A DNA stretch of 64,000 nucleotides, taken from the IMG/VR virus record IMGVR_UViG_3300027730_000005; one strand, given 5' to 3'. Position 1 is the first letter of the stretch; every line of letters begins with the position of its first letter. Positions 10,007-19,636 of this stretch are shown here, piece after piece. Under the pieces are notes generated by a model that was not told the DNA's origin, made no database searches, and saw only the letters and a program-made list of their open reading frames with translations. This DNA is from a virus. Lineage: Duplodnaviria; Caudoviricetes. The translations under genes and the position numbers were made by a program.

Positions 10007-10602
10007 TAACAAAAACTCTCAAAAGTGTAATATTATTGGCAGTTATGCTGTGGTCCACAGCATGGGCCAATGAACTGTATATGGAACAAAGTGATGACTC
10101 GTCCACCATAACCATCACACAGGACGGTGCCAGCAATGAAATTGGCACACAACTGTCTCCGGTGTTTATTGGTGGAGGCTCAAATACTGTAAATATTGAA
10201 CAAATTGGTGCCGGCAACCAACTACAGTTTACAGTAAATGGTGCCACCACTGCTATGACCATTGAACAACACGGTAGCAACAATATCGGTACAGTGACTT
10301 GCGGTACCACTGCCAATGCCAGTTGCAGTGGCAGTACCATTTGGCAATTTATCACTGGTGATGACAACAACATCAGTCAGCTTCTAGGTGCCGGCGGAAA
10401 TCATACCAGCAAGATCACTGTGACTGGGGACACCAACACAGTGAGTCATACCAGTACCAACACAGGCGCTGTGAGTATGCAATACCTAGTAACTGGGAAC
10501 AGTAATTCAATTTCAGTGACCACTGCAGGTACCACAGCCAAGACTCTCAATGCAACTACTACTGGCAATAGCAATACTGTTACTATCGTTCAGACCAACT
10601 GA
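10003..10602 (+). CDS. curlin-repeat-like secreted protein
   Basis: Signal peptide plus about 7 repeats of type T/N-x-x-I-x-Q/V-x-G-x-x-N (ITQDGASN, IEQIGAGN, IEQHGSNN, ITGDDNN, VTGDTN, VTGNSN, TTGNSN). Confidence 0.7.
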   Translation: MITKTLKSVILLAVMLWSTAWANELYMEQSDDSSTITITQDGASNEIGTQLSPVFIGGGSNTVNIEQIGAGNQLQFTVNGATTAMTIEQHGSNNIGTVTCGTTANASCSGSTIWQFITGDDNNISQLLGAGGNHTSKITVTGDTNTVSHTSTNTGAVSMQYLVTGNSNSISVTTAGTTAKTLNATTTGNSNTVTIVQTN

Positions 10603-11623
10603 TGCAGTAGCTTCTGTCGGAACAATTACTTCCTTGACAGGACCCACTGAAATAGTAAGAAAGCGACAAAGCATGCCTAGTCAGGCTGGCTCGGCCATTG
10701 AGATGAATGACACAGTGGTCACTGCTCGCGCTCGAGCAGAACTGACTTTTGTAGACCGGACTCAGGTCAAAATCACTGAACAGTCAAAACTGATCATAGA
10801 TGACTTTGTGTATGATTCCAATCAAGGTACAGGTAAACTGGCATTGAAAATGGCGCTGGGTACTGCTAGATATGCGTCAGGACAGATTGCCAAGAACTCA
10901 CCGCAAAATGTAGCTGTGCAAACTCCTACGGCCACAGTGGCTGTGCGTGGCACAGATTTCTCAATGACTGTGGACGAACTGGGTCGCAGTATGATTGTAT
11001 TACTACCCAGTTGCGATCAAAACAGTTGTGTCACCGGAGTGATTGAAGTGTTCAACGAAGCTGGTCGTGTGATGCTTACCCAGGCCTATCAAGCCACACT
11101 GGTCACAAGTTTGAGTACTCCGCCCAGTCAACCTACAATGATCACTGTGGATATCAATAACATAAACAATTTGCTGATCATTAGCCCACCTGTTGAACTG
11201 CGCAGAGAAGAATTTCAAAATAGCCGCCAAGAACAAGAATTCAATCTGCTAAATGTAGATTTCTTACGATACGATGAGCTGGAAAAAAACTATCTAGACA
11301 ACAGATTTTTGGATGTTGATTTTTTAGAAAACACGTTTTTGAGTAATGAATTGGATGCAGTTGGAATAAATGTCTGGGCAGCAACTGCTTATTTGTTGGA
11401 TAATGGCATGATGCCAGGATATGATCCCGCTAGTTTATTGCGATACACTGTGGATGATCAAGATCGCTTGTTTCTCATACGCAAAGTCAACAATCACTAC
11501 ACTGAACTCATTGTGAGCAAAGAAGCCAATCTAGTAGTAGATATTCGGCAAGACGGCATTCCTGTATGGCAGAGGGTAAATCGCGGAGGATCTACCACAG
11601 TTACAATTGTGCAAAGGCAATAA
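10550..11623 (+). CDS. FecR-domain periplasmic protein
   Basis: Signal peptide; D(T)VVTARARAELTFVDRTQVKITEQS, VQTPTATVAVRGTDF. Confidence 0.85.
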   Translation: MQLLLAIAILLLSFRPTDAVASVGTITSLTGPTEIVRKRQSMPSQAGSAIEMNDTVVTARARAELTFVDRTQVKITEQSKLIIDDFVYDSNQGTGKLALKMALGTARYASGQIAKNSPQNVAVQTPTATVAVRGTDFSMTVDELGRSMIVLLPSCDQNSCVTGVIEVFNEAGRVMLTQAYQATLVTSLSTPPSQPTMITVDINNINNLLIISPPVELRREEFQNSRQEQEFNLLNVDFLRYDELEKNYLDNRFLDVDFLENTFLSNELDAVGINVWAATAYLLDNGMMPGYDPASLLRYTVDDQDRLFLIRKVNNHYTELIVSKEANLVVDIRQDGIPVWQRVNRGGSTTVTIVQRQ

Positions 11624-11630
11624 ATACTGT

Positions 11631-11912
11631 ATGGGTGATTATTTCAAACTTGTGGCCGAAGTGGGCTTTCCAATAGCAGCAGCCATAGCTGGCGGTTACT
11701 TTGTGTTTTTAACACTGAAGTTTATTCTAGCCGGGGTAACCAGCTCTGTGAATGGAATCAAAGGTATAATCAGTGCTTTAGATAATCGTGTAAAAACCAT
11801 GAACCATGATGTCATACGCATAGATACTGTGGTTTCGAATGCGTTAGGTCTTGTACCTGATGTGGTCCGTGTGGCTCGTGCTGATGGCAAAAACGATGCT
11901 CGACGTGACTGA
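11631..11912 (+). CDS. single-TM coiled-coil protein A
   Basis: GFPIAAAIAGGYF...ALDNRVKTMNHDVIRI; start after TAAATA-CTGT; paralogue of 12073..12411. Confidence 0.7.
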   Translation: MGDYFKLVAEVGFPIAAAIAGGYFVFLTLKFILAGVTSSVNGIKGIISALDNRVKTMNHDVIRIDTVVSNALGLVPDVVRVARADGKNDARRD

Positions 11913-11921
11913 AAGACAATT

Positions 11922-12086
11922 ATGCTATTTGTTGACTACACACTTCGCACTGCCGACAATGGCAACATTATTCTCGACGAAGAACTCAAAGCTCAAAGTT
12001 TGGGCGTAGCAGAGGGTGATACCTTTGTGGTTCATATTGTAAACAATCAAATTATATTAGAAAAACAACAACATGGACTTAGCTGA
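11922..12086 (+). CDS. 54-aa AbrB/SpoVT-like small protein
   Basis: Hand-translated MLFVDYTLRTADNGNIILDEELKAQSLGVAEGDTFVVHIVNNQIILEK; G-x-I-x-L...LG..EGD...I.LEK pattern. Confidence 0.5.
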   Translation: MLFVDYTLRTADNGNIILDEELKAQSLGVAEGDTFVVHIVNNQIILEKQQHGLS

Positions 12087-12411
12087 ACTTATCAACAAAT
12101 ACGGTTTCCCCATTGTGGCTGCTGGAGGTCTTGGGTATCTCATATATTACGTATGGGTATGGGCTACCAAAGAAATCAAGCCTGTGCTGAGTGAAGCCAA
12201 TAGCACACTGATTGCGTTGATCGATCGTATCCGTATGCTTGACAACGATCTTATTAGACTGCAACAAAAAGTCAATGTCACACTGCAATTGCGTGGCAAA
12301 GTCATTGAAAGCGAACGTGTGCTAGCACAACAGAAATTTGATTCCGAAGCTGAAACAAAATTCAAGAAGGCAGCGGCGGAAGACTCCGACACTGCTGCTG
12401 GCAAAAGTTAA
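12073..12411 (+). CDS. single-TM coiled-coil protein B
   Basis: GFPIVAAGGLGY...ALIDRIRMLDNDLIRL; paralogue of 11631..11912. Confidence 0.7.
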   Translation: MDLAELINKYGFPIVAAGGLGYLIYYVWVWATKEIKPVLSEANSTLIALIDRIRMLDNDLIRLQQKVNVTLQLRGKVIESERVLAQQKFDSEAETKFKKAAAEDSDTAAGKS

Positions 12412-13112
12412 TGACATTACTCATAGCCACGCTGTTGATGACACATGCTACTATAGTTTGTGTTACACTTTATCTACACCGCAGTCAAACTCATAGATCA
12501 GTAGAATTCCATCCGCTTGTGGCGCATGGCATGCGCCTTTGGCTGTGGCTGTCAACTGGTATGGTCACACGCCAATGGGTTGCTATACATCGTTCTCATC
12601 ATCGGCACAGTGATCAATCTGACGATCCGCACTCGCCCCATGTGTGGGGTATTTGGCGTGTGCTGTTTGGTGGTGCGTGGCTTTATAATCAAGCTGCTCA
12701 AGATAGTGCATTAGTTAAGCAATACGGAGTAGGCACTCCCGACGACTGGATTGAACGTAACCTGTATACTGCACATAGCCGCCTTGGTATTCTTTTGATG
12801 CTGATTATAGATTTATTGTTATTTGGGCCTTGGGGACTTATGGTGTGGGTCGTACAAATGCTATGGGTACCTTTTCACGCCGCCGGAGTTATTAATGGAT
12901 TAGCACATTGGTGGGGTTATAAAAATGGTCCCACCAAGGATCAAAGTCGTAACATCAGTCCCTGGGGAATATGGATTGGTGGCGAGGAATTGCATTCTAA
13001 TCATCACCAAGAACCAGCTAGTGCTAAATTAAGTCGCAAGTGGTTTGAATTTGACGAAGGTTGGATGTGGATCTGTATTTTACGTTTTTTTAAACTTGCC
13101 AAAGTTCGTTAA
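12411..13112 (+). CDS. acyl-CoA/acyl-lipid delta-9 fatty acid desaturase
   Basis: Three His boxes: HRSQTH, HRSHH, HSNHH; DDPHSP; GEELH. Confidence 0.92.
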   Translation: MTLLIATLLMTHATIVCVTLYLHRSQTHRSVEFHPLVAHGMRLWLWLSTGMVTRQWVAIHRSHHRHSDQSDDPHSPHVWGIWRVLFGGAWLYNQAAQDSALVKQYGVGTPDDWIERNLYTAHSRLGILLMLIIDLLLFGPWGLMVWVVQMLWVPFHAAGVINGLAHWWGYKNGPTKDQSRNISPWGIWIGGEELHSNHHQEPASAKLSRKWFEFDEGWMWICILRFFKLAKVR

Positions 13113-15164
13113 TTATTTTTCGGTCGCTATCCATTCACCATTCCAATTGGACGGTAAGGCTTGCCGCTTCATAAAGTCGCAACGTTCCGTCCATATCTTA
13201 TAATACTTGTCCATCTGTCCGCCAAAGTTTCCCTTTAGATCTGCACACATTACAGCAGCTTCGTCAAACTTTTTCTGTCGATACAAGGCATGCATCGCTT
13301 CGTGTTGTGCTTTGTCTTTAGAGTAATCTGTGCCTTTGGTGCGTAGAGCTGTATAGATCAAGTCTGCTACAGTTTTACCCTTTGGTTGTAAGTTATCTAG
13401 CAACAAATACAAGAAGTCATCTTTGGTTCTATTATATGTTTCGGCACCAATAATACATAGCACACCATATGCTTTGCAACGTGCTTCCAAACGTGCAGCG
13501 GTGCTCACCATGTCACCCAAGATGTCATAGCTGTGTCTTTCTGTTGATCCCATTTCACCAATAAAGCCAATACCACTGTTACAACCCCAACCCATTGCAG
13601 CAGGTGGTAATCCCTGTGCTTCCATAACTTTGGTATACTCGTCTACCTTGTCTAGCATTTCAAGTCCTACCTTAACAATTGTTCGTGCGTGGTCAGGATC
13701 TTCAATAGGAGCACCGTGTATGTGCATTGATGCATCGCCCACATACTTGATGACCATACCTTGGTTGTCTAGCATTGGCTGACTAATGGCATCCATATAA
13801 CCGTTCATGTACTTGCCAAGTCCGGCAACGTCATCGCCATAGTATTCACCAATAGGAGTAAATCCACGCAAGTCGCTGAACATAACTGATACGTCTTTAC
13901 GCACACCTCGCTTGATTAAGTCTGGATCTTTTTGTAGTAACTCTACTACTTCTTTGGAGCAGTAACCGGCAAACTGTTTCTTTATGGCTTGCTTTTGCAA
14001 GAACTCGCTTAGAAACTTGATACCATAGGCATGCAGAGCGACCAAAGTTGTGCCAACTGCAAAGGCAGTAGCATCGAATAAGAATAAAAAATTGCTGTAA
14101 GCAAGAATGCTGCCAGCAATACCGCCGCCCACAATAACCAAAACTGTCGCCATACCTGCATAAGTATACCTCGTCAAAAACAACAATGTTAGGCCAGCCA
14201 GAGCCATGGCCAATATCTCAGCACCGTCGGCCCAATCAGGCCGCACAATGCGACGTTCTGAAGTCAGGGTATCTAGTACAGCGGCCTGCAGATAATGCGG
14301 GAAGACCTCACCTCTTGCAGTGGCCACTGGGTTGTTGAGTCCCCGGGCGGATAAGCCCACAATGACGATTCCACCTTGGAAATCTTTTGGCAAACTAGCC
14401 AAGGAGTGTTCTTGCGGTCGGGATGACCAATCCACCCAGATTCTACCAAGACTGTCTGTTGGGATTTTTCCAAACTGTGGAATTCTAACTGCTTCAATAA
14501 TTCCTGAGTTGACTCGAACTTGGAAAGAGGGGTCGCCTGCTGCAACTCGTAGGGTTTCAAGACTGATAGAGGGGTAGATCTGTTGTCCAACACTGACGAC
14601 CATGGGGATTCTGCGAACGACACCGTCCAGTTCGGGCACAGTGTTAACAATACCAATACCAGCTGCTGTTTCATTGATCTTCCTTTCGTTGGGTTGAATT
14701 GCCCGGTATGGTATGCCCGGTTCACCTGAACCAATCACGCTTACACCAGGTCTAAATGGCACAGTGTTGGTGCGCACTGGGTCATTGGTTGCGGTGTGTG
14801 GCAACACCACAGGATATTTTTGTAAGAGTTGCGCCAATTGCTGATCTTGACCTGCACGATCTGCGTCGGGCATGAACACATTAAACACCACAAGACCTGC
14901 ATTACGCTGATAGAGATCTTGAATTATTTGGGCGTATTGGCCCCGGGGAAAAGGAAACTGTCCACGCTGCTCAATGGCCTGATCATCAATGTTCACTAGA
15001 TGTACGCCAGAGCTGGCCGTGGTTGGTGTGCTGGTTATCACTGTGTCAAAGTAACGCAGCCTAACACTTTCTACTAAGGCTGGATCTGCGATTCTAATGC
15101 CAACCATTATGGCTAGAGTTAGCAGCGCAGTCCAAGGGGATAACAGTAATTTTTTTACCACCAA
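13113..15164 (-). CDS. CHASE2-domain class III adenylate/guanylate cyclase
   Basis: CHASE2 (VNIDDQAI, FPFPRG, DGVVRRIP, FPHYLQA); three TM helices; SVMFSDLRGFT, IKYVGDA, YDILGDMVSTAARLE; start may be GTG 15161. Confidence 0.93.
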   Translation of the reverse strand: MVVKKLLLSPWTALLTLAIMVGIRIADPALVESVRLRYFDTVITSTPTTASSGVHLVNIDDQAIEQRGQFPFPRGQYAQIIQDLYQRNAGLVVFNVFMPDADRAGQDQQLAQLLQKYPVVLPHTATNDPVRTNTVPFRPGVSVIGSGEPGIPYRAIQPNERKINETAAGIGIVNTVPELDGVVRRIPMVVSVGQQIYPSISLETLRVAAGDPSFQVRVNSGIIEAVRIPQFGKIPTDSLGRIWVDWSSRPQEHSLASLPKDFQGGIVIVGLSARGLNNPVATARGEVFPHYLQAAVLDTLTSERRIVRPDWADGAEILAMALAGLTLLFLTRYTYAGMATVLVIVGGGIAGSILAYSNFLFLFDATAFAVGTTLVALHAYGIKFLSEFLQKQAIKKQFAGYCSKEVVELLQKDPDLIKRGVRKDVSVMFSDLRGFTPIGEYYGDDVAGLGKYMNGYMDAISQPMLDNQGMVIKYVGDASMHIHGAPIEDPDHARTIVKVGLEMLDKVDEYTKVMEAQGLPPAAMGWGCNSGIGFIGEMGSTERHSYDILGDMVSTAARLEARCKAYGVLCIIGAETYNRTKDDFLYLLLDNLQPKGKTVADLIYTALRTKGTDYSKDKAQHEAMHALYRQKKFDEAAVMCADLKGNFGGQMDKYYKIWTERCDFMKRQALPSNWNGEWIATEK

Positions 15165-15168
15165 ATAT

Positions 15169-16323
15169 TTATCGTGGCAGGCCTCTTAAAATATCTATCA
15201 TACGATGAGCTAAATTGCGAAACCATTTCTCATCGTGTCCACGGGTTGTTTCTGCGGCCACACCAATACGTACACCTGATGTTTCAGCAAAGCTACGAGT
15301 TTCGCCTGGTACACCATTTTTGTTTACGGTGATTCCTTGTGCTTCTAATTTATCAGCATACTCGCGACCACTCATGGCATGATTACGCAGATCTACAGTG
15401 AACATATGACATTGTGTGCTGCCACTCACGATGTCAACTCCTGCATCTAGAAACGTTTGTGCCATGGCATGTGCGTTGATGCGAATACGTTTGGCATACA
15501 GTTTGAATTCTGGTTGTAGTGCTTCATAAAAGCACTGTGCCTTGCCAGCAATGATGTGCATGAGCGGACCACCCTGGGTTCCAGGAAACACTGCACCATT
15601 AATTTTCTTGCTAAGTTCATCGTCATTCCACATGATCATACCACCACGAGGACCGCGTAAAGTCTTATGTGTAGTTGTGGTTACAACGTGAGCATGAGGG
15701 AATGGACTTGGATATTCGCCGCCAGCAATCAATCCTGAATAGTGGCTGATATCTGCTAGTAAGACGGCACCAACAGAGTCTGCAATTTCACGAAATCTCT
15801 TCCAATCAATCACTTGACTGTATGCACTAGCTCCAGCAATGATCATCTTAGGACGATTCCACTCGGCTAGTTTTTTGACTTCTTGATAGTTAATAAAACC
15901 ATTTTCGCCTACACCATAACTAACAGGATCAAACCATGCGCCGCTGACATTTACGTTGGCACCGTGGCTCAAATGCCCGCCACTGGCAAGATCCATTCCA
16001 AGAACGCAGTCACCTGGAGTCAATAATGCCTTGAACACTGCTAGGTTGGCATTAGCGCCTGAGTGTGGTTGCACATTGGCAAATGAACAGCCAAACAACT
16101 TGGTAGCATATTCAATGGCAATGTTTTCAATCTTGTCAACATTGGCACATCCATTGTAGTATCGCTTGCCCGGCAAGCCTTCTGCATACTTGTTGGTTAA
16201 AATACTACCACACAATTCCATAACTGCATCACTAGTGTAGTTTTCACTGGCAATAAGTTCAATTGTATTTTCTTGTCTGATTGCTTCGTTGTTTAAAGCA
16301 ATGTGAATTCTTGGATCTATCAT
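15169..16323 (-). CDS. glyA: serine hydroxymethyltransferase
   Basis: LIASENY, NKYAEGLPGKRYY, GGHLSHG, TTTTHKTLRGPRGG, FPGTQGGP. Confidence 0.97.
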   Translation of the reverse strand: MIDPRIHIALNNEAIRQENTIELIASENYTSDAVMELCGSILTNKYAEGLPGKRYYNGCANVDKIENIAIEYATKLFGCSFANVQPHSGANANLAVFKALLTPGDCVLGMDLASGGHLSHGANVNVSGAWFDPVSYGVGENGFINYQEVKKLAEWNRPKMIIAGASAYSQVIDWKRFREIADSVGAVLLADISHYSGLIAGGEYPSPFPHAHVVTTTTHKTLRGPRGGMIMWNDDELSKKINGAVFPGTQGGPLMHIIAGKAQCFYEALQPEFKLYAKRIRINAHAMAQTFLDAGVDIVSGSTQCHMFTVDLRNHAMSGREYADKLEAQGITVNKNGVPGETRSFAETSGVRIGVAAETTRGHDEKWFRNLAHRMIDILRGLPR

Positions 16324-16327
16324 ACTT

Positions 16328-16834
16328 TTAACTATTTAAAACCTTGGCAACACTATTCATCACACTAGCAATTCGACCAATGTCACGAAGTTGTTCGACA
16401 GTATAACCTTCTGTCTTCAATGTTTCGTAATGTGCTTTTACACAGAAGTGGCATTTACCAACAATACTGGCCGCTAGACTGAATGCTTCAAAGTTCGACT
16501 TGGTAGTTCCGCCATGGCTTGCGATAGCGTTCATTCTGAGTTGTGCCGGTAACCCCTTGAGAGCAGGATCATCTGCCATTTCGACGAATGGGTAAAAAAT
16601 ATTGTTCTGTGCCATAATACTAGCGGCTGTCATGGCAGCATCTGCATGAACAGGTGCGTCTGCTAGCATAACTGCAAGTACCTTACCGTTGCCAGTTGCA
16701 GCAAGTGCAGCCACCGCACAACCCATGGCCACATCTGCATCTAATGTACTACGTAGTAGCACAGCATCCAGATTTAACTTGGTGTCCTTGGCATAGTCTG
16801 GCAATGCGCCTTTTACTGATTCAATAAAACTCAT
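16328..16834 (-). CDS. ahpD: alkyl hydroperoxidase AhpD (CMD family)
   Basis: LPDYAKDTKLNL, LRMN, SIVGKCHFCVKAH (CxxC). Confidence 0.9.
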   Translation of the reverse strand: MSFIESVKGALPDYAKDTKLNLDAVLLRSTLDADVAMGCAVAALAATGNGKVLAVMLADAPVHADAAMTAASIMAQNNIFYPFVEMADDPALKGLPAQLRMNAIASHGGTTKSNFEAFSLAASIVGKCHFCVKAHYETLKTEGYTVEQLRDIGRIASVMNSVAKVLNS

Positions 16835-17466
16835 TCTTTTCTTCCTTCAATGGTATAAAACCAATCATCTCCAGCCGACCACTTGCGTGTACCATCAACT
16901 GTGAATATTGTCTGTGCGGCTTTAAAGTCTGGAAACTTAACATTACCCGAAATCAAACTTTGATCGTACCACAAACATCGATTGTTGGGTTGGCAGGCAA
17001 ACTGACCATTTTCTAATTTAATAAAATTAAACGATTTGTGTTCTTCGGCAACTTCAGTAAAGCCTGTGTCTACATCCATGCCGTCGGCACAAAAATCCAC
17101 AGTAAACAAATAAGTCCCGTGATGCCATTCCTTGTCTTTGCCCAAGAACTTAACACCTAAATTACGCAGACCTATTTTTTCAATAATAGTAAAGCGGTAG
17201 CCCATGCAGTCCCAAAGCTGTAGGGTATCTATGGGCAAATTACCTGTGTAATTCTCTTGCCACACATACGCATGAATAGGTAGCTTGTCGTACAGTGCTC
17301 CATAATTGGGTAACAGTGATTCAATTCGAAACACCTGTCCCCTAAGAGCTTTGAGACTGACCCATATTGCAGGTTCTAATTCACCGTGACCTTTTTCAAA
17401 GTTGTAAAGAAATTCACGTTTTATAAAACATTTAATCGGCGGCAAAGATCCTACAATATAACTCAT
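16831..17466 (-). CDS. conserved hypothetical protein
   Basis: 211-aa ORF in operon with overlapping stop/start; YLFTVD and QPNNR motifs of unknown function. Confidence 0.7.
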   Translation of the reverse strand: MSYIVGSLPPIKCFIKREFLYNFEKGHGELEPAIWVSLKALRGQVFRIESLLPNYGALYDKLPIHAYVWQENYTGNLPIDTLQLWDCMGYRFTIIEKIGLRNLGVKFLGKDKEWHHGTYLFTVDFCADGMDVDTGFTEVAEEHKSFNFIKLENGQFACQPNNRCLWYDQSLISGNVKFPDFKAAQTIFTVDGTRKWSAGDDWFYTIEGRKE

Positions 17467-18155
17467 TCTTTTCTATCGCCAAATAATTGTAACAAGTTAA
17501 TAAACAAGTTGATGAAGTCCATGTACAGAGTCAATGCACCACGCACTTCTGCGCTATCACTGGTCTCAGTACTAAGTTCCTCACGAATCTTTTGTGTGTC
17601 ATAGGCAGTTAGGCCAAGAAAGATAACGATAGCCAATGCTGAAATTACCATCTGCATCACAGTTGAGCCAATAAAAATATTAACAATACTAGCAATAACA
17701 ATAGCAATCAATCCAACAATCATAAACTTACCCATGCTGTCTAGGCTTTGTTTAGTAAAGTAGCCGTAACCACTCATGACACCAAACAAGATAGCTGCAC
17801 CCATAAATGAGCTTACAATGCTACCCATATTGAATACAGCAAAAATTGTAGCAAAGCTCAATCCCATTAGGGCCGCAAAGCCATGTAAGCATAACTGTGC
17901 CACGCCTTTACTGGGATTATTGCCTAGCACATAGCTGACACCAAAGATTGCCGCTAGTGGAGCAAAAATAACAACCCATTTTAACACACCTGTAAAAAAG
18001 AATTGTAGTAACTCTGGGCTAGAACCCACAAAATAGCTCACAAACATTGATACAATCACAGCAAGGCTCATGTGTCCGTAGACCCGACACATTGCTGAGT
18101 TGATTTCGCTTGCAGAACGATATGATCTTTCGTTTTCATAAGTTGTTTCAAACAT
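17463..18155 (-). CDS. BAX inhibitor-1/YccA family membrane protein
   Basis: About 7 TM; GLTAYDTQKI and ALTLYMDFINLFINLLQL. Confidence 0.92.
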   Translation of the reverse strand: MFETTYENERSYRSASEINSAMCRVYGHMSLAVIVSMFVSYFVGSSPELLQFFFTGVLKWVVIFAPLAAIFGVSYVLGNNPSKGVAQLCLHGFAALMGLSFATIFAVFNMGSIVSSFMGAAILFGVMSGYGYFTKQSLDSMGKFMIVGLIAIVIASIVNIFIGSTVMQMVISALAIVIFLGLTAYDTQKIREELSTETSDSAEVRGALTLYMDFINLFINLLQLFGDRKE

Positions 18156-18165
18156 AAGTTTCTCC

Positions 18166-18786
18166 TTAAAATTTACCAGATGCTAATACGATTTGACAAA
18201 TATGTTCTAATCGTTCAATGTGTTCAAACGCACGCCATGGGCTGGTATCGATTGCAACAACACCGTGACCTTTGATACCCACAATGTCATAGGCAATATT
18301 ACCACGGTCATCTAATTCCAACCGATAATGGCACTGATCAGCAAGTTCTTGGCTGATTGGTTTCACGTCACCTACATTAGGTGCTACCTTGGTATAACGA
18401 CTAAGTTCAGGAAAGTCATCAACAATAGTACTCAGATCAATGCCGGCATGCATAGCCGCAACACAATAGGTAGGATGCAAGTGAACTACTACTCGAACAT
18501 CATTGCTATGTTGACCCATTGCTCTCTGTAATCCAAAATGTAATGGAAGTTCTCCACTGGGATTTAGATTAGCACTAATGTCAGTGTAGAAATCTTCTTG
18601 CCATAACAGCCCATGAATACTGATCTTTTTAAATTGGTCAGGTTGTAGTGTCTGTTTACGGACGCCACTGGGTGTGATATAAAAGTGATCACGGTCGTGA
18701 TGACGAATACTTACATTACCATCACGACTAGTAATCCAATTGCGTTTATATGCCTCGACTAGAGTATCACAAATAGTTTCTAACAT
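18166..18786 (-). CDS. class II aldolase/adducin-family protein
   Basis: SRDGNVS, ITPSG, PSGELPLH, VVHLHP, KGHGV; start moved to MLETIC. Confidence 0.88.
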   Translation of the reverse strand: MLETICDTLVEAYKRNWITSRDGNVSIRHHDRDHFYITPSGVRKQTLQPDQFKKISIHGLLWQEDFYTDISANLNPSGELPLHFGLQRAMGQHSNDVRVVVHLHPTYCVAAMHAGIDLSTIVDDFPELSRYTKVAPNVGDVKPISQELADQCHYRLELDDRGNIAYDIVGIKGHGVVAIDTSPWRAFEHIERLEHICQIVLASGKF

Positions 18787-18982
18787 AATTATTTTCCGTA
18801 TTGTTTTTTGGCAAATCATTTGCCAGGGCATCCTCGTAAGTCAGTGATGGATCGTTCCAGATGTTACAATTATTCCACTCACGAATCCTGGCCAATCTCT
18901 CCGCGTCAGTCAGTTCATAACATCTAGGGTTACGATCTGGCTGACGAAGTGTATCAATGCCTCTACTTAGAAGCCTGAACAT
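18767..18982 (-). CDS. hypothetical protein
   Basis: 71-aa ORF abutting the ahpC stop. Confidence 0.45.
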   Translation of the reverse strand: MFRLLSRGIDTLRQPDRNPRCYELTDAERLARIREWNNCNIWNDPSLTYEDALANDLPKNNTENNYVRNYL

Positions 18983-19522
18983 TTAGAGAGTCTCGCCGCC
19001 CACTGTACGGTTACAGGCACACAGTTCGCCAGTTTGTAGCGCATCTAATACACGAAGTGTTTCGTCCGGACTACGACCAACATTCAAGTTGTTCACAGTA
19101 ACGTGTTGGATAACGTTGTCTGGGTCAACAATGAATGTGGCGCGAAGTGCGGCACCTGCTGGAGCATAGAATACGCCGAGTTGTTCAATCAAGCTCAACT
19201 CACCACGCTGTGTGTCTGCGAATTGTGTGTGGGTGATTTTCTTTAGATCTGCGTGAGCATTTTGCCAGCTAACTTTACAGAACTCATTGTCTGTTGAACC
19301 TGTTAGCAATACTGCGTCACGGTCAGCAAAATCGCTAGCCAACTTGTCATACGCAACAATCTCTGTAGGACATACAAAAGTAAAGTCCTTGGGATAGTAT
19401 ACGATAATTTTCCACTTGCCTTCAAAGCTTTTCTCCGAGATATCGAAAAATGCATCTTCTGGTTGCCCGGGACGAACGCCGGTGACTACGAATGCATCAA
19501 GTTTATCGCCAACTGTTTTCAT
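18983..19522 (-). CDS. ahpC: peroxiredoxin AhpC
   Basis: YPKDFTFVCPTE, RATFIVDP, GRSPDETLRVLDALQ, LCACN. Confidence 0.96.
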   Translation of the reverse strand: MKTVGDKLDAFVVTGVRPGQPEDAFFDISEKSFEGKWKIIVYYPKDFTFVCPTEIVAYDKLASDFADRDAVLLTGSTDNEFCKVSWQNAHADLKKITHTQFADTQRGELSLIEQLGVFYAPAGAALRATFIVDPDNVIQHVTVNNLNVGRSPDETLRVLDALQTGELCACNRTVGGETL

Positions 19523-19636
19523 ATTTTCTCCTTAATTTAAAAATGAATTCCAATTAAGTATTATACACTTACAATAGTAATTATCAAAAGATTCTGGCAA
19601 AATTGTTAAATTTTTATGACTTGGCAACTATGGCAT

